A stretch of 64,000 nt of DNA. It comes from Minisyncoccota bacterium. Lineage in GTDB: Bacteria; Patescibacteriota; Minisyncoccia; Phycocordibacterales; UBA2100. This document shows, in pieces, positions 39,346 to 49,191 of this stretch. The notes below the pieces were generated by a model. That model was not told the origin of the DNA, did no database searches, and saw only the letters and a list, made by a program, of their open reading frames with translations. The stretch lies in assembly GCA_031291875.1 (NCBI GenBank), contig JARLIE010000183.1, positions 1,356 through 65,355 on the forward strand, read 5' to 3'. The position numbers were made by a program, and so were the translations under genes. Each line of letters begins with the position of its first letter. Positions within the stretch are counted from its first letter, which is position 1.

Positions 39346-39480
39346 ACTACCGGCGAGCTCACAAAAAGCGTCGTACTCGTACGGCGCTTTTTCATTTCAC
39401 TACCATCCGATTGCGCTAAGGTTAAAAGAGCACTCCACAGGCAAACAAAAACAGCCCGCTCGTGCGGGTATACTTGGCAC

Positions 39481-40854
39481 ATGTCTCTCAAAAAGGACGT
39501 GGAAATATTTTTCGAAGCGCCGGCTGAAGCCCTGGAAGCAGGTGTCGAAGGCGTTGATAGTCTTGAGCGCAAACTCATAGGCAAGCGGCCGCTCCATCTG
39601 GCACAGGAATATCTCTACAACCTCGGGCCGGGGCTAACGACCGGCGCCGCCGATGACGACCCTTCCGGAATCGCGACCTACTCGCAGGTCGGCGCTGCAT
39701 ACGGGTTTCAATTTCTTTGGCTTTCGCTGTTTTCGTTTCCCCTCATGGCCGTGGTGCAGGAAATGTGCGCCCGCATTGCGATCGTGACAGGAGAAGGATT
39801 GGCGGCGAATATTCGCAAACGCTACCCTGCCCCTATCCTCTACGCATGCGCGACGCTACTTTTCTCCGCGAACACCTTCAACCTTGGCGCGGATCTCGGC
39901 GCGATGGCAAAAGCGACGGAACTGCTCTGGCCGAGCCTCAACTTCGCGCTCCTTGTGTTTGGCTTTGCAGCGATCAGCCTGCTGCTCCAGGTGTTCACGA
40001 CGTACGCGCGATACGCGAAGTATCTGAAATATCTGACCCTCGCGCTCTTTGCGTACGTCGCGACAGCCTTCTTCTCCAACATCAATTGGCAAGACGCGTT
40101 GATGCATACGGTAGTGCCGCACGTCGGATTTTCGAGTGACCAGCTTCTCCTGGTGTGTGCGGTACTAGGAACGACAATCTCTCCTTATCTTTTCTTCTGG
40201 CAGACCTCCCAAGAAGTGGAGGAGGAAATTCTGCGAGGCAAAACAACCATCGAAGAGCGAGCCGCAAAAACACCCCGCAAACATCGAGAGATCCGCGATA
40301 TGCGATTCGACGTTTGGACGGGCATGTTCTACTCGAACATCATCATGTTCTTCATTATCGCCGCGACTGCCGCGACGCTCTTCGCACACGGCATAACCAA
40401 CATTCAAACGTCCGATCAAGCTGCTGCTGCGCTCGAACCGTTCGCGGGGCAATGGGCGTTCGCGCTTTTCGCGATCGGAATCATTGGTACGGGCTTCCTT
40501 GCAGTACCCGTGCTTGCCGGCGCTTCCGCCTACGCTATTTCCGAGAGTTTCAAATTTAAAACGGGATTGTATCGCAAGCTCAAGGACGCTTACGCGTTTT
40601 ACGGCATCATCATGGTCGGCATGCTGATCGGGCTTGTTCTCAACTTCGTCGGCATCGATCCGATCAAGGCACTTATCTATTCGGCGGTCGGCAACGGCAT
40701 TGTTGCTCCCATCGTTCTCTATTTCGTTGTTCGTTTGAGTTCGAGCAAAGAAGTCATGGGCAACCATGCCAACAAGCGCGTCACGAAGTGGATCGGTTGG
40801 ATCACCGTGCTCGCAATGGCGGTAGCGGGTATCGCGGTTATCGCGACGATATAG
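39481..40854 (+). CDS. NRAMP-family divalent metal transporter
   Basis: GPGLTTGAADDDPSGIATYSQ, LGTTISPYLFFWQ. Confidence 0.92.
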   Translation: MSLKKDVEIFFEAPAEALEAGVEGVDSLERKLIGKRPLHLAQEYLYNLGPGLTTGAADDDPSGIATYSQVGAAYGFQFLWLSLFSFPLMAVVQEMCARIAIVTGEGLAANIRKRYPAPILYACATLLFSANTFNLGADLGAMAKATELLWPSLNFALLVFGFAAISLLLQVFTTYARYAKYLKYLTLALFAYVATAFFSNINWQDALMHTVVPHVGFSSDQLLLVCAVLGTTISPYLFFWQTSQEVEEEILRGKTTIEERAAKTPRKHREIRDMRFDVWTGMFYSNIIMFFIIAATAATLFAHGITNIQTSDQAAAALEPFAGQWAFALFAIGIIGTGFLAVPVLAGASAYAISESFKFKTGLYRKLKDAYAFYGIIMVGMLIGLVLNFVGIDPIKALIYSAVGNGIVAPIVLYFVVRLSSSKEVMGNHANKRVTKWIGWITVLAMAVAGIAVIATI

Positions 40855-42112
40855 AGAGCTTCTCGAGGGCGACAAGATAGGCAGCCTCGCGAAGCGTACA
40901 CTTGCGAGCCTGCGCAACCTCCGCGACCTTCGACGCCGCAAGCTGCATCTTCTCTTCCAAGGCTTTGAAAACCGTTTCTTCGGTCCAGGGCTCGTCGCGG
41001 CGGTTTTGAACCCATTCGAAATACGAAACCGCGACGCCACCGGAGTTCGCGAGCACATCGGGAATGACGATGGTTCCCTTTTCGGCAAGGATCTCATCCG
41101 CTTCGCTCGTCGTCGGGCCATTCGCCATTTCAAGCACGATACTCGCCTGAATTTTCGAAGCGTTCTCTTTGGTGATCGCGTTCTCAAGCGCCGCGGGAAC
41201 AAGAATATCGACAGGGAGCGTCAGCACGTCTTCCGGCTGTATATCCTTGCCACCCAGCGATTCCATATTGGAGAGATCGCAGACGGAACCGACGCAGTAA
41301 CAGCCGGCGATTCGTCCGCTTTGCTCCTTGCATCGTTCGATCGCATCGAGATCGGCTATGCCTCTCGGAATATATAAACCGCCCTTCGAATCAGAAAGTG
41401 CAACGATGACGCATCCCATTTTTTGCAAAAAACGTGCGAGGTGGCTACCGACGTTGCCAAACCCCTGAATCGCGACCGTCATACCTTTAGGATCGCGACC
41501 GAGCGTCTTCAAGATCGATTGGAGCGCAATCGCGCCACCTGCCCCCGTCGCTTCGGTGCGACCGAGCGAGCCTCCCCTTTCGACAGGCTTTCCTGTTACG
41601 ACCGCGGGCGCGGTGGTGTGCGTCACTGTTTCGTATTCGTCGCGGATCCAGTCCATGATCTTCGCGTTCGTGTTTACATCCGGTGCCGGTACGTCCTTAT
41701 CCGGCCCAATGACAGGAGCAAGTTTGCGAGCAAATTCGCGCGTGAGTCGTTCAAGCTCGGCTTCGGAGAGTTCTTTCGGATTGACGGAGATGCCACCCTT
41801 GCCGCCGCCAAACGGAATATCGACGATTGCACACTTCATCGTCATCCAAAACGCGAGTGCCTTTGCCTCATCCATATCAACGCGGGGATGGTAGCGAAGG
41901 CCACCTTTGTAGGGACCGAGAATGTTGTTGTGCTGCACGCGAAAACCGTGGAATGTCTTTACCCTGCCGTCGTCCATCGTAATTGGCAACGACATCTCAA
42001 TAACTCGGTCTGGCTCCGCGAGCCGTGCATGCAAAAGGGCGTTGAGATCCATTTGCTTCGCAGCCGATTCGAGCCGCATGCGTGCTTCTTCCCATGGGTT
42101 CACACTCTTCAT
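40838..42112 (-). CDS. gdhA: Glu/Leu/Phe/Val dehydrogenase (glutamate dehydrogenase)
   Basis: GPYKGGLRYH, GGGKGG, PAPDVNT, QGFGNVG, EMANGP, VSYFEW. Confidence 0.92.
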   Translation of the reverse strand: MKSVNPWEEARMRLESAAKQMDLNALLHARLAEPDRVIEMSLPITMDDGRVKTFHGFRVQHNNILGPYKGGLRYHPRVDMDEAKALAFWMTMKCAIVDIPFGGGKGGISVNPKELSEAELERLTREFARKLAPVIGPDKDVPAPDVNTNAKIMDWIRDEYETVTHTTAPAVVTGKPVERGGSLGRTEATGAGGAIALQSILKTLGRDPKGMTVAIQGFGNVGSHLARFLQKMGCVIVALSDSKGGLYIPRGIADLDAIERCKEQSGRIAGCYCVGSVCDLSNMESLGGKDIQPEDVLTLPVDILVPAALENAITKENASKIQASIVLEMANGPTTSEADEILAEKGTIVIPDVLANSGGVAVSYFEWVQNRRDEPWTEETVFKALEEKMQLAASKVAEVAQARKCTLREAAYLVALEKLSISSR

Positions 42113-42220
42113 ACGTACATTGTATGCGCTTCTTTCAAAAGGAGGAGTGGATAGCAGACGAATTTCGTGTCCGATTATAAATCAAGACCAAACGGTAAGG
42201 CGCACGTGAGTCTGCAATCG

Positions 42221-43390
42221 CTATTGGTACTGAATGAAACTCGGCGCAGGCGTGAGCGAAAGTACCTCTTGAGGAGTCATGAGCCGGTACGCCGGCGCCT
42301 GCTTGTCGGCCTTATAGAAGAGCTTGAATCCCGTGAATTGCACCGGCTCGGGCACAATCACTTGCTTGTAGGTGTTCACCTTCTTTGCAGGAAAGCCCCA
42401 CCCGTCCATATCCATCACGATTTGTACCTGCGGTAGCGGTGCGATGTTCTTAGCGCCAGTCACCATATCTTCTGTAAATCGGTGCACGACCAGAATTTTT
42501 GGCGGCAAGTTGTCCTGATCGACGATACTCGCCATGTAATTTGCCACCCAATTGATATCACTCGAGTTGAAGGTGCCAATCTCTTTGCCGGGCGGTGTTC
42601 CGTCTTTCATCGAGAACTCCGGATCGATCGCGATCTCGACGTTCGGCTGTTCGATCCATTTTTTGAGGAGCGGGATCTCGGTCTGAACGTTCGAAAGGCC
42701 GACCTGCACGTCGAGTATCAGTATGCCGTGCATTTGATTGGCCATGTCGAGTGCTTTTTGGATTTGGCTATCGGGCATACGGGCGCGGTACATCCCGTCG
42801 GAACCGCGAGAGCCTTGCGCCGTGACGGCAATGTAATCGATTGCCGGAATGACGGGCGTTGAAGGATCGGCTACCTCCCACTGTTTCGTTGTGGAGGCGA
42901 GCATGGCTTCAACTTGAGCCTCGGGATATTCTCCGAGCACCCCCATTCCAGTTGAATAGAAGTTGCCGTAGTAGGCGACGATGCGATTGGAAGGCAAAAG
43001 TGCGCCCGCTTCAGGATATACGCGACGTACCGGCCAAAGCGGTTTTTTTGTCGTGGTCGTCGTTGCGGTTCCGAGGGCGGTCATGGGAGTCGTCGTACCG
43101 TCGAGATACGCCCAGTACCACGCGCTCGCGGGAGTAAGGTGCGCGAGATCGAGCAGTTTCTTGTCGTATGCCGTTTTATCGAGCGTCGGCGGGAGCGAAA
43201 CGGACGAAACAGAAGAGGTCGCGGGAGTTGAAGTTGCTGTTCTATCGTAGGCGATAGCGCCCCCAAAGACGGACGCATAGCTGTATCCAGTGACCGAGAC
43301 AAAGAGAATAAGACCAAGGCACGCGGCTACCCCTCCAAAGACCGGCATCCACCAACGCGCGATCCATTTTTGTTTCTCCCGTTTTGTCAT
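42221..43390 (-). CDS. Membrane-anchored extracellular protein, putative TIM-barrel glycoside-hydrolase-like
   Basis: TM plus Thr linker; conserved-looking VAYYGN, LDVQVG, IDPEF, DMDGWG, GFKLFY blocks; function is inference. Confidence 0.7.
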   Translation of the reverse strand: MTKREKQKWIARWWMPVFGGVAACLGLILFVSVTGYSYASVFGGAIAYDRTATSTPATSSVSSVSLPPTLDKTAYDKKLLDLAHLTPASAWYWAYLDGTTTPMTALGTATTTTTKKPLWPVRRVYPEAGALLPSNRIVAYYGNFYSTGMGVLGEYPEAQVEAMLASTTKQWEVADPSTPVIPAIDYIAVTAQGSRGSDGMYRARMPDSQIQKALDMANQMHGILILDVQVGLSNVQTEIPLLKKWIEQPNVEIAIDPEFSMKDGTPPGKEIGTFNSSDINWVANYMASIVDQDNLPPKILVVHRFTEDMVTGAKNIAPLPQVQIVMDMDGWGFPAKKVNTYKQVIVPEPVQFTGFKLFYKADKQAPAYRLMTPQEVLSLTPAPSFIQYQ

Positions 43391-43436
43391 GCGTGTGCAG
43401 TGTATCACGCACGAATTAGACGGGGAACGACTTTCT

Positions 43437-43664
43437 TCATACTTCTATCGAAAGTGTTTTCGAGGGACGGCGGTGACCCTTGAGAATGCGGATTTTTTTG
43501 GATGGAACGCCAAACATTCGCGCGATTAGCTCGACGACTCGTAGGTTCGCAAGGTTGCCCGCCGGCTTTTCGCGCACGGAAACCTCAAGCGTATCCTCGC
43601 CGACCGCATACACCGATTCGTTTTTGGCGTTGGTTGTTACGCGCACCTTGACCAATTTCGCCAT
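43437..43664 (-). CDS. DUF167 (YggU) family protein
   Basis: VKVRVTTNAK, GNLAN, ILKGHRRPSK. Confidence 0.88.
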   Translation of the reverse strand: MAKLVKVRVTTNAKNESVYAVGEDTLEVSVREKPAGNLANLRVVELIARMFGVPSKKIRILKGHRRPSKTLSIEV

Positions 43665-43665
43665 T

Positions 43666-44217
43666 TTAGAAAACGAACGGAATGAGCATCTTCGTGCGCT
43701 TCATGTATTCGGGATACCGGTTGGGAAATTCGTTTTGCATACTCATTTCCTCTCGTTTTCCGGCATACACAAAGTATGCGGATAACACTATAAAGGGTGG
43801 TACCCACCAGACCGTTACCAAAGAAGAACCGAGCCCGGCAAGAATAAAACCCGTATAGATCGGGTGCCGCACATAGGCATAGGGGCCCGAGGTAACGAGT
43901 TCGGCTTCTTCTTTTAGAGACATCGGCATCCCCCAATTGCGCCCAAGATGCATTCTCGCCCAGATCGCGAAGGAAACTCCTGCCCCGCAAAGCACGACCC
44001 CGATCCACTGCACCACAAGCGAGTACTGCACCCCAAGAAAGAACGAGTGGATCCCCGGCAACGAGTCGATTGCAGAAATTACAAGAAGGATAAGAAGGCG
44101 CACGCCCCAACTCATCAAACCGCGCCTCGCATACCGTTTCGTATTGAACGCCGAAACAATCCAATAGACCAGGAAAATGGCCCAGAAGACCGAGATAAAA
44201 ATCGGGGCAGTTAGCAT
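43666..44217 (-). CDS. Isoprenylcysteine carboxylmethyltransferase-family membrane protein
   Basis: LGRNW, LVTSGPYAYVRHPIY, EE..M...F. Confidence 0.9.
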   Translation of the reverse strand: MLTAPIFISVFWAIFLVYWIVSAFNTKRYARRGLMSWGVRLLILLVISAIDSLPGIHSFFLGVQYSLVVQWIGVVLCGAGVSFAIWARMHLGRNWGMPMSLKEEAELVTSGPYAYVRHPIYTGFILAGLGSSLVTVWWVPPFIVLSAYFVYAGKREEMSMQNEFPNRYPEYMKRTKMLIPFVF

Positions 44218-44359
44218 GGAAAAAGTATAGCACTACACCTTATGAACGAGAGCTATCGCATCGTTCGAGAACTCATGATCTTTCCATGATTCACCGACCC
44301 TTACTGCCCCGTTTGGGATGCTTGAGGCCTTATCCGCTAATTTAGTTAAAGCGTACAGT

Positions 44360-45751
44360 ATGAAATCAGGAAAACTGATAATTATTCCCGCAGCCGGGAT
44401 TGCGCTCGCGAGCGTGCTCGGTTTGTGGACAGCCATCGCATCGGCTGCAACGGGACCGACGACCGAACCGGCAACGTCGATCACGACAAGTGATGCGACA
44501 TTGAACGCGATGAACAGCGGTACGGCAGCGACGGACAGCTCGTTCTGGGTTTCGACGAGCACGTTCTCGACCGCGAGCTCGACCATCCCGGCAGGCGTCT
44601 ATTCGACGCCCGATCTAGGTGCCCAAGCAGCGAGCAGCACGTTCTCGTCCCAGCTGTCGTCCGCAGTCGGATTGCCTTCGATTACACCGGGCACGACCTA
44701 TTACTTCGTTGTCTGGACTTCCGCCGACGGCGGAGCGACATGGACACCGGGCTCTGAGCTCAGCTTCACCACGCTCGCATCTGCGCCGACGGTAACCAAC
44801 GTCTCGCCGAGCGCCGGTAGTACCATCGGCGGCACTGCCGTTACCATCACCGGCACTGGATTGAGCGGCGCCACCTCCGTTAGCTTCGGAGGCACCGCAG
44901 CGACTAGCGTAACGGTCGCGAGCAGCACCTCCATCACGGCGGTCGCTCCCGCACATAGCGCCGGAGTCGTCGATGTTACGGTAACAACCCCGAGCGGCAC
45001 AAGTGCGACAAGTTCCGCCGACCACTTCACCTATTCCGCTCCGGTCACTACTCCGACGATCTCGAACATCAACGTAACCGACATCGGCACCTCGACCGCG
45101 ACTGTACATTGGACGACGAACGTCGCGGCTGATTCGACCGTAAACTACGGAACCACAACAAGCTACGGTTCAAACGCGACGAACGCGACCGCAACAACCT
45201 CACACTCGATCGTACTGAATAATCTTTCGGAGGCGACCCTGTATCACTTCGATGTTCAGTCATCGACCGGAACTTCAACGACGGCAACCTCGAGCGACCA
45301 GACCTTCACGACCCTCTCGACCGCGTCGTCAACACCACTCGCAATCACCAGTATTAGCACCGTAAAGTCTTCCGGTATCGCCGATAATTCGTTCATCGAC
45401 GGTTGGACCTGGGTGATTCACTTCACCGTCCCAGACACCGAGAATGCGTTCCGCATTCGCTTTAGCGACTGGGGCAATCCGTCCAACTCGTTCCCGACCG
45501 CAAGCAACGTTCGCATCTCTTCGGCGCAGTCGAGCAATGCTTCCAGTTCTGCAAACGGGATTATCGAGAACGATAACGGGTACAGTGATTGGCTCTACCT
45601 CAACGGCGACACCTCTTCAACGACGCCGGGCAGACAGATTGATCTCCAAGTCGACGTGAAAATCCCGTTCGGCACCCCGCCGAACCCGTACACGGCCAAC
45701 TTTACGGCGGAGTCTTGCCCATCGACGGCAACCTCGACGCCCGCTTGCTAG
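44360..45751 (+). CDS. Secreted surface protein with IPT/TIG and fibronectin-III-like domains
   Basis: Signal peptide; PTVTNVSPSAGSTIGGTAVTITGTGL (IPT); WTTNVAADSTVNYG...LSEATLYHF (Fn3). Confidence 0.85.
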   Translation: MKSGKLIIIPAAGIALASVLGLWTAIASAATGPTTEPATSITTSDATLNAMNSGTAATDSSFWVSTSTFSTASSTIPAGVYSTPDLGAQAASSTFSSQLSSAVGLPSITPGTTYYFVVWTSADGGATWTPGSELSFTTLASAPTVTNVSPSAGSTIGGTAVTITGTGLSGATSVSFGGTAATSVTVASSTSITAVAPAHSAGVVDVTVTTPSGTSATSSADHFTYSAPVTTPTISNINVTDIGTSTATVHWTTNVAADSTVNYGTTTSYGSNATNATATTSHSIVLNNLSEATLYHFDVQSSTGTSTTATSSDQTFTTLSTASSTPLAITSISTVKSSGIADNSFIDGWTWVIHFTVPDTENAFRIRFSDWGNPSNSFPTASNVRISSAQSSNASSSANGIIENDNGYSDWLYLNGDTSSTTPGRQIDLQVDVKIPFGTPPNPYTANFTAESCPSTATSTPAC

Positions 45752-45781
45752 CTTCTCACTTATCGGCCTAATTCCGCGAAC

Positions 45782-46378
45782 ATGAAAAAGAACATTATTC
45801 TAGCGGCCATGATCGCCACGCTAAGTTGTAGCTCGATAGCATTCGCGCAATCTACCGTCAGCGGTACGCTCTCGGCAGGTGGTGGCGCACCAGCAACAAC
45901 GACCTCCAGCACGACAACCGTGACAGGTACGGTTACCGGCGGTAACTCGCTGACCGGCACGGTGAGCAATCCGTCGCTCACCGGCACTGTCGGCAACGGC
46001 AACTCGCTTACGGGAACTGTCACCGGTTCTTCCGGGGGCGGAGGCGGTGGGGGCGGTGGAGGAGGATCCATTGGTAATGGTCCGCCCGTGGGCGGTGGGG
46101 GCGGAGGGCCAGGCTACGTAATCGTCTGCCCTAACCTCTCGGATCCATATACCCTTCCGAGCGGCTATGGAATCGTCGGCGGCAACTGTGAACCACTCGC
46201 GGCAATCGGCGGCGCAGGTGGCTCAGGAAATCCTGGAGGCACAAGCACCAGTACTTCGCCCGGCATTCCAAATACCGGTGCCGGGGGCAACGCACAGACT
46301 ACTGCTCTCGTGCTCGCAATCTCCGGAGTAATCTCGACCTTTGCGGGAACTGCGGTGCTTCGCAGACGCCTCGCGTAG
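45782..46378 (+). CDS. Gly/Thr-rich surface protein with LPxTG-like sorting signal
   Basis: Signal peptide, SLTGTV repeats, poly-Gly, IPNTG then hydrophobic helix then RRR. Confidence 0.8.
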   Translation: MKKNIILAAMIATLSCSSIAFAQSTVSGTLSAGGGAPATTTSSTTTVTGTVTGGNSLTGTVSNPSLTGTVGNGNSLTGTVTGSSGGGGGGGGGGGSIGNGPPVGGGGGGPGYVIVCPNLSDPYTLPSGYGIVGGNCEPLAAIGGAGGSGNPGGTSTSTSPGIPNTGAGGNAQTTALVLAISGVISTFAGTAVLRRRLA

Positions 46379-46397
46379 CATCACTTTCAGCAAAAGC

Positions 46398-46425
46398 AAA
46401 ACCCCGACCTGACGGTCGGGGTTTT
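46398..46425. terminator. Bidirectional terminator
   Basis: AAAACCCCGACC-tgac-GGTCGGGGTTTT. Confidence 0.8.
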
Positions 46426-46708
46426 CGTTGTGAGAACTGGCGACAGTGCCCGTGAAGACACCCTTGAGACGCAAATCATTCGGTCGCGCCGGGACGGAGA
46501 GATAGAGAAAGATGAAAAGACTGATCACGACACCGCCCAAGAGAAAGAGTGCTTGCAACGGCGTGGAGTAGCGACCGATAGCCGCGATACAAAGAATCGC
46601 GATAATGACGAAGCCAAGCAGTGTCGATGTGTACAAAACGGTCATTCGACGCTCCATTCTTGCCGGACATGATTTCCGGAAGAAATTGTATCACTTAAAA
46701 CTAATTTG

Positions 46709-47323
46709 TCAATTTGCGTACGGATGCTCTCGTAAAAGCAATGCTGCATGTAAAAGATTTTTTGCGGTGTTTTTTGCCATATGAGCGACCGCACCGTTCT
46801 TGAGGCGACGTTCTCTGTCGGTCGCAGGATCGAGACCAACTTCCCCCACCCAATAGGTACAGCACTGCGGCGGCAAAGTGAAATTTAGAAACGAAAGTAC
46901 CTCCATAAGCCCGGCCATCACCGCTTGCGCCCCATCTTCGCTTCCGGTGATAACGATGCCCGCGACCTTGTTCAACAAAACCGATCTGCCGCCATGGATG
47001 GCTTCTTCGTCGAAGGCATCCATCCGCTCGATCACCCGTTGCATAAGACTGGAACGACCTCCCCACCAAATCGGCGTCGCGAAGATCACGATGTCCGCGG
47101 CGATTATTTTCTGTACGATATCCGGCCATTCGTCGTCCTCGCTCTCTTTGAAACCAAGGCCTACTGGGATTCGTTTATCGGAAAGACGAATGACCTCGGA
47201 TGAAATCGGTGAGATCGCCTGCATCTCGTTGAGCACGAGCTGCGCGACTTCCTGTGTATTCGAGGGGGTCTCGTCCTGCTTGAGGGACGCGTTTAAAACA
47301 AGAACATTCAGTGGTTGTGTCAT
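46709..47323 (-). CDS. Flavodoxin-fold NAD(P)H-dependent FMN reductase family
   Basis: LNASLK..SNT, ADIVIFATPIWWG, NKVAGIVITG. Confidence 0.88.
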   Translation of the reverse strand: MTQPLNVLVLNASLKQDETPSNTQEVAQLVLNEMQAISPISSEVIRLSDKRIPVGLGFKESEDDEWPDIVQKIIAADIVIFATPIWWGGRSSLMQRVIERMDAFDEEAIHGGRSVLLNKVAGIVITGSEDGAQAVMAGLMEVLSFLNFTLPPQCCTYWVGEVGLDPATDRERRLKNGAVAHMAKNTAKNLLHAALLLREHPYAN

Positions 47324-47356
47324 GGATATAAGTATACACATTCTTACCGCATCGAT

Positions 47357-47872
47357 TTAAAATTTCCTGCTGTCGTAGGCCCAGTGGAGGAGCGCCTGAC
47401 GTTGTTTGGGGCGACAAGAAAAATCTCCTTTGCGGCAATGCATTTTTAGTTGCGCGATATGGCGGCGAATAGCTATCCAACGCTTGATTTGCCGCTCATC
47501 GTCCGAACATCGTCGGCCCAGGTAATACCGGCAGTACCATTGGAACCAACCCCGTGGATCGTCTTTGTAAATCCACCCCTTCTTTCGCCAAAGAGAAAGC
47601 GGCTGGCTCGCGTTGACGCCGAAGAAATTGCGCCGGGGATCGTGTACGTAAGTTCCCTTCTCTTGAAATCTTGCTTTCGCGAACCAATCTTTTGGAAATT
47701 CTTTCACGCAATCACGCATATACACGCCACCAAAAACGCCGAGTGCGAGCATTTGCTTGGGCGTGAGTTCCGGCTTGAATCGCGGATCGAAATGCTTGCC
47801 TGCTGGCTCGCTGAGTTCGTAGCGGTAGCCTTTTTGCATGGCGTCGCGGACCTGTATCGATTTGCGCCTCAT
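47357..47872 (-). CDS. Conserved hypothetical protein (GWFQWYCRY family)
   Basis: ATG overlaps the tspO stop (ATGA); LTPKQML.LGVFGG, DPRGWFQWYCRYY.GRR, RQALLHWAYD. Confidence 0.8.
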   Translation of the reverse strand: MRRKSIQVRDAMQKGYRYELSEPAGKHFDPRFKPELTPKQMLALGVFGGVYMRDCVKEFPKDWFAKARFQEKGTYVHDPRRNFFGVNASQPLSLWRKKGWIYKDDPRGWFQWYCRYYLGRRCSDDERQIKRWIAIRRHIAQLKMHCRKGDFSCRPKQRQALLHWAYDSRKF

Positions 47873-48348
47873 GTCGCAAGCGACCAAAACGTATAGGTAA
47901 GGTAGGCGGCATAGCTCACCCACGCGAGGTACGGTAGCAAAAGGAGCGCAGCGGAGTTCGAAATCCTTGCAAAGGCTGCTATCGTCGCGATGATCGCAAA
48001 CCAGAGGAAAACTATTTCGATACAAGCGCCGCCAAGATTGTGATACCCAAAAAAGATGACCGACCAAAGAACATTCAATACGAGTTGCAGCAAGAAAATG
48101 CCGAGCCCGATGCGGACATCTTTTCGATCGCCACCACTACACCACACGAGAAAGGCCGCTATGCCCATCAGCAAAAAGAGTGTCGTCCACACTGGACCAA
48201 ACACCCAATTGGGCGGGGCGAGTTGGGGCCTCGCGAGCGTGGCGTACCAGCCAGCGATGGAGGGAATAGTAAATAGCGAGCCCAGTGTCCCTGCCCCTTC
48301 GCTGAGCGCAATAAAACCTATAAGCACGAGCCATTGCTTACCGCGCAT
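47869..48348 (-). CDS. tspO: TspO/MBR family protein
   Basis: WYATL, PPNWVFGPVWT, LN..WS.IFF, LLPYLAWVSYA. Confidence 0.93.
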   Translation of the reverse strand: MRGKQWLVLIGFIALSEGAGTLGSLFTIPSIAGWYATLARPQLAPPNWVFGPVWTTLFLLMGIAAFLVWCSGGDRKDVRIGLGIFLLQLVLNVLWSVIFFGYHNLGGACIEIVFLWFAIIATIAAFARISNSAALLLLPYLAWVSYAAYLTYTFWSLAT

Positions 48349-48417
48349 TGCTATAAGTTTACACCACGAATCAGCTCTGACTGAGCGGCTCGTGCGATTG
48401 CCTGCGAGCGGATTGCT

Positions 48418-48717
48418 TTAAAAAAGAAACGCGAGGAGAACAATGACGCCGGTTAGGAGCGCGAACGAAACGAGCGTCTTTGAAAAGAATTCCACCGCTT
48501 CGCGCTTTTGCCCTTCAGCGTACATAAGCGCGGGCTGGAGAAAGAAGAGGTAGCCCATAAAAGCGGCCGAAAAGACGAGCAGGGAGAGCATCGCCATCGG
48601 CACGAGAATACCATTCGATTTTGCGCCGACAAACGTGGGACCGTAGCTGATGAGAAGCACGACAAGAGCCACATACAACCCGGCGACAAGCGCGTTGAGG
48701 TAAGGATTTTTAGTCAC
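48418..48717 (-). CDS. Small 3-TM membrane protein
   Basis: Hydrophobic ORF; GTG 6 nt after TATACT. Confidence 0.75.
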   Translation of the reverse strand: MTKNPYLNALVAGLYVALVVLLISYGPTFVGAKSNGILVPMAMLSLLVFSAAFMGYLFFLQPALMYAEGQKREAVEFFSKTLVSFALLTGVIVLLAFLF

Positions 48718-48846
48718 CTGTTTAGTATATCAGCACCGTGCATCGTCGGTCGAGGTCACTGAATTGTACAATTGATGCCCGGTGATGCTAGGATGCCGCC
48801 TGGAAGAAACCCTAGCGAAGGAGCTTTTGCCATGGAAAAGTGAACA

Positions 48847-49107
48847 GTGTCGTCTGGAGAAACAGGCGACGCAGAAATAGCCAGGACGTATTACAGCCGT
48901 GCCTGGTGGACCGGGCTGCTACCGGCGTTGATGATGGCCTCGGTGCTGTGCTCTGCCATCGGACGCTCCGGCGGTACGGCAAGCGAATATTTTGCGCAGC
49001 ATTGGTTGACTGTCCCTCTCATGCTCGTCAGCATCGCCGGCCTCTTGGCCTTCGCGACCGCAGACGTACTTCGTGGTTTGCGTCGGAGAGCCAAAATCGA
49101 CCGCTAA
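48847..49107 (+). CDS. Small 2-TM hypothetical protein, possibly disrupted at its 5' end
   Basis: Hydrophobic ORF followed by hairpin 49121-49153; upstream in-frame ATG-GAA-AAG-TGA with AAGGAG RBS. Confidence 0.45.
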   Translation: MSSGETGDAEIARTYYSRAWWTGLLPALMMASVLCSAIGRSGGTASEYFAQHWLTVPLMLVSIAGLLAFATADVLRGLRRRAKIDR

Positions 49108-49191
49108 TCTTCCGCACATTAAAATAGCCACCGCTCGTCGGTGGCTATTCTTTTACAGCACTCATTCGGATCGAGGCTATCGCTTCACGAA

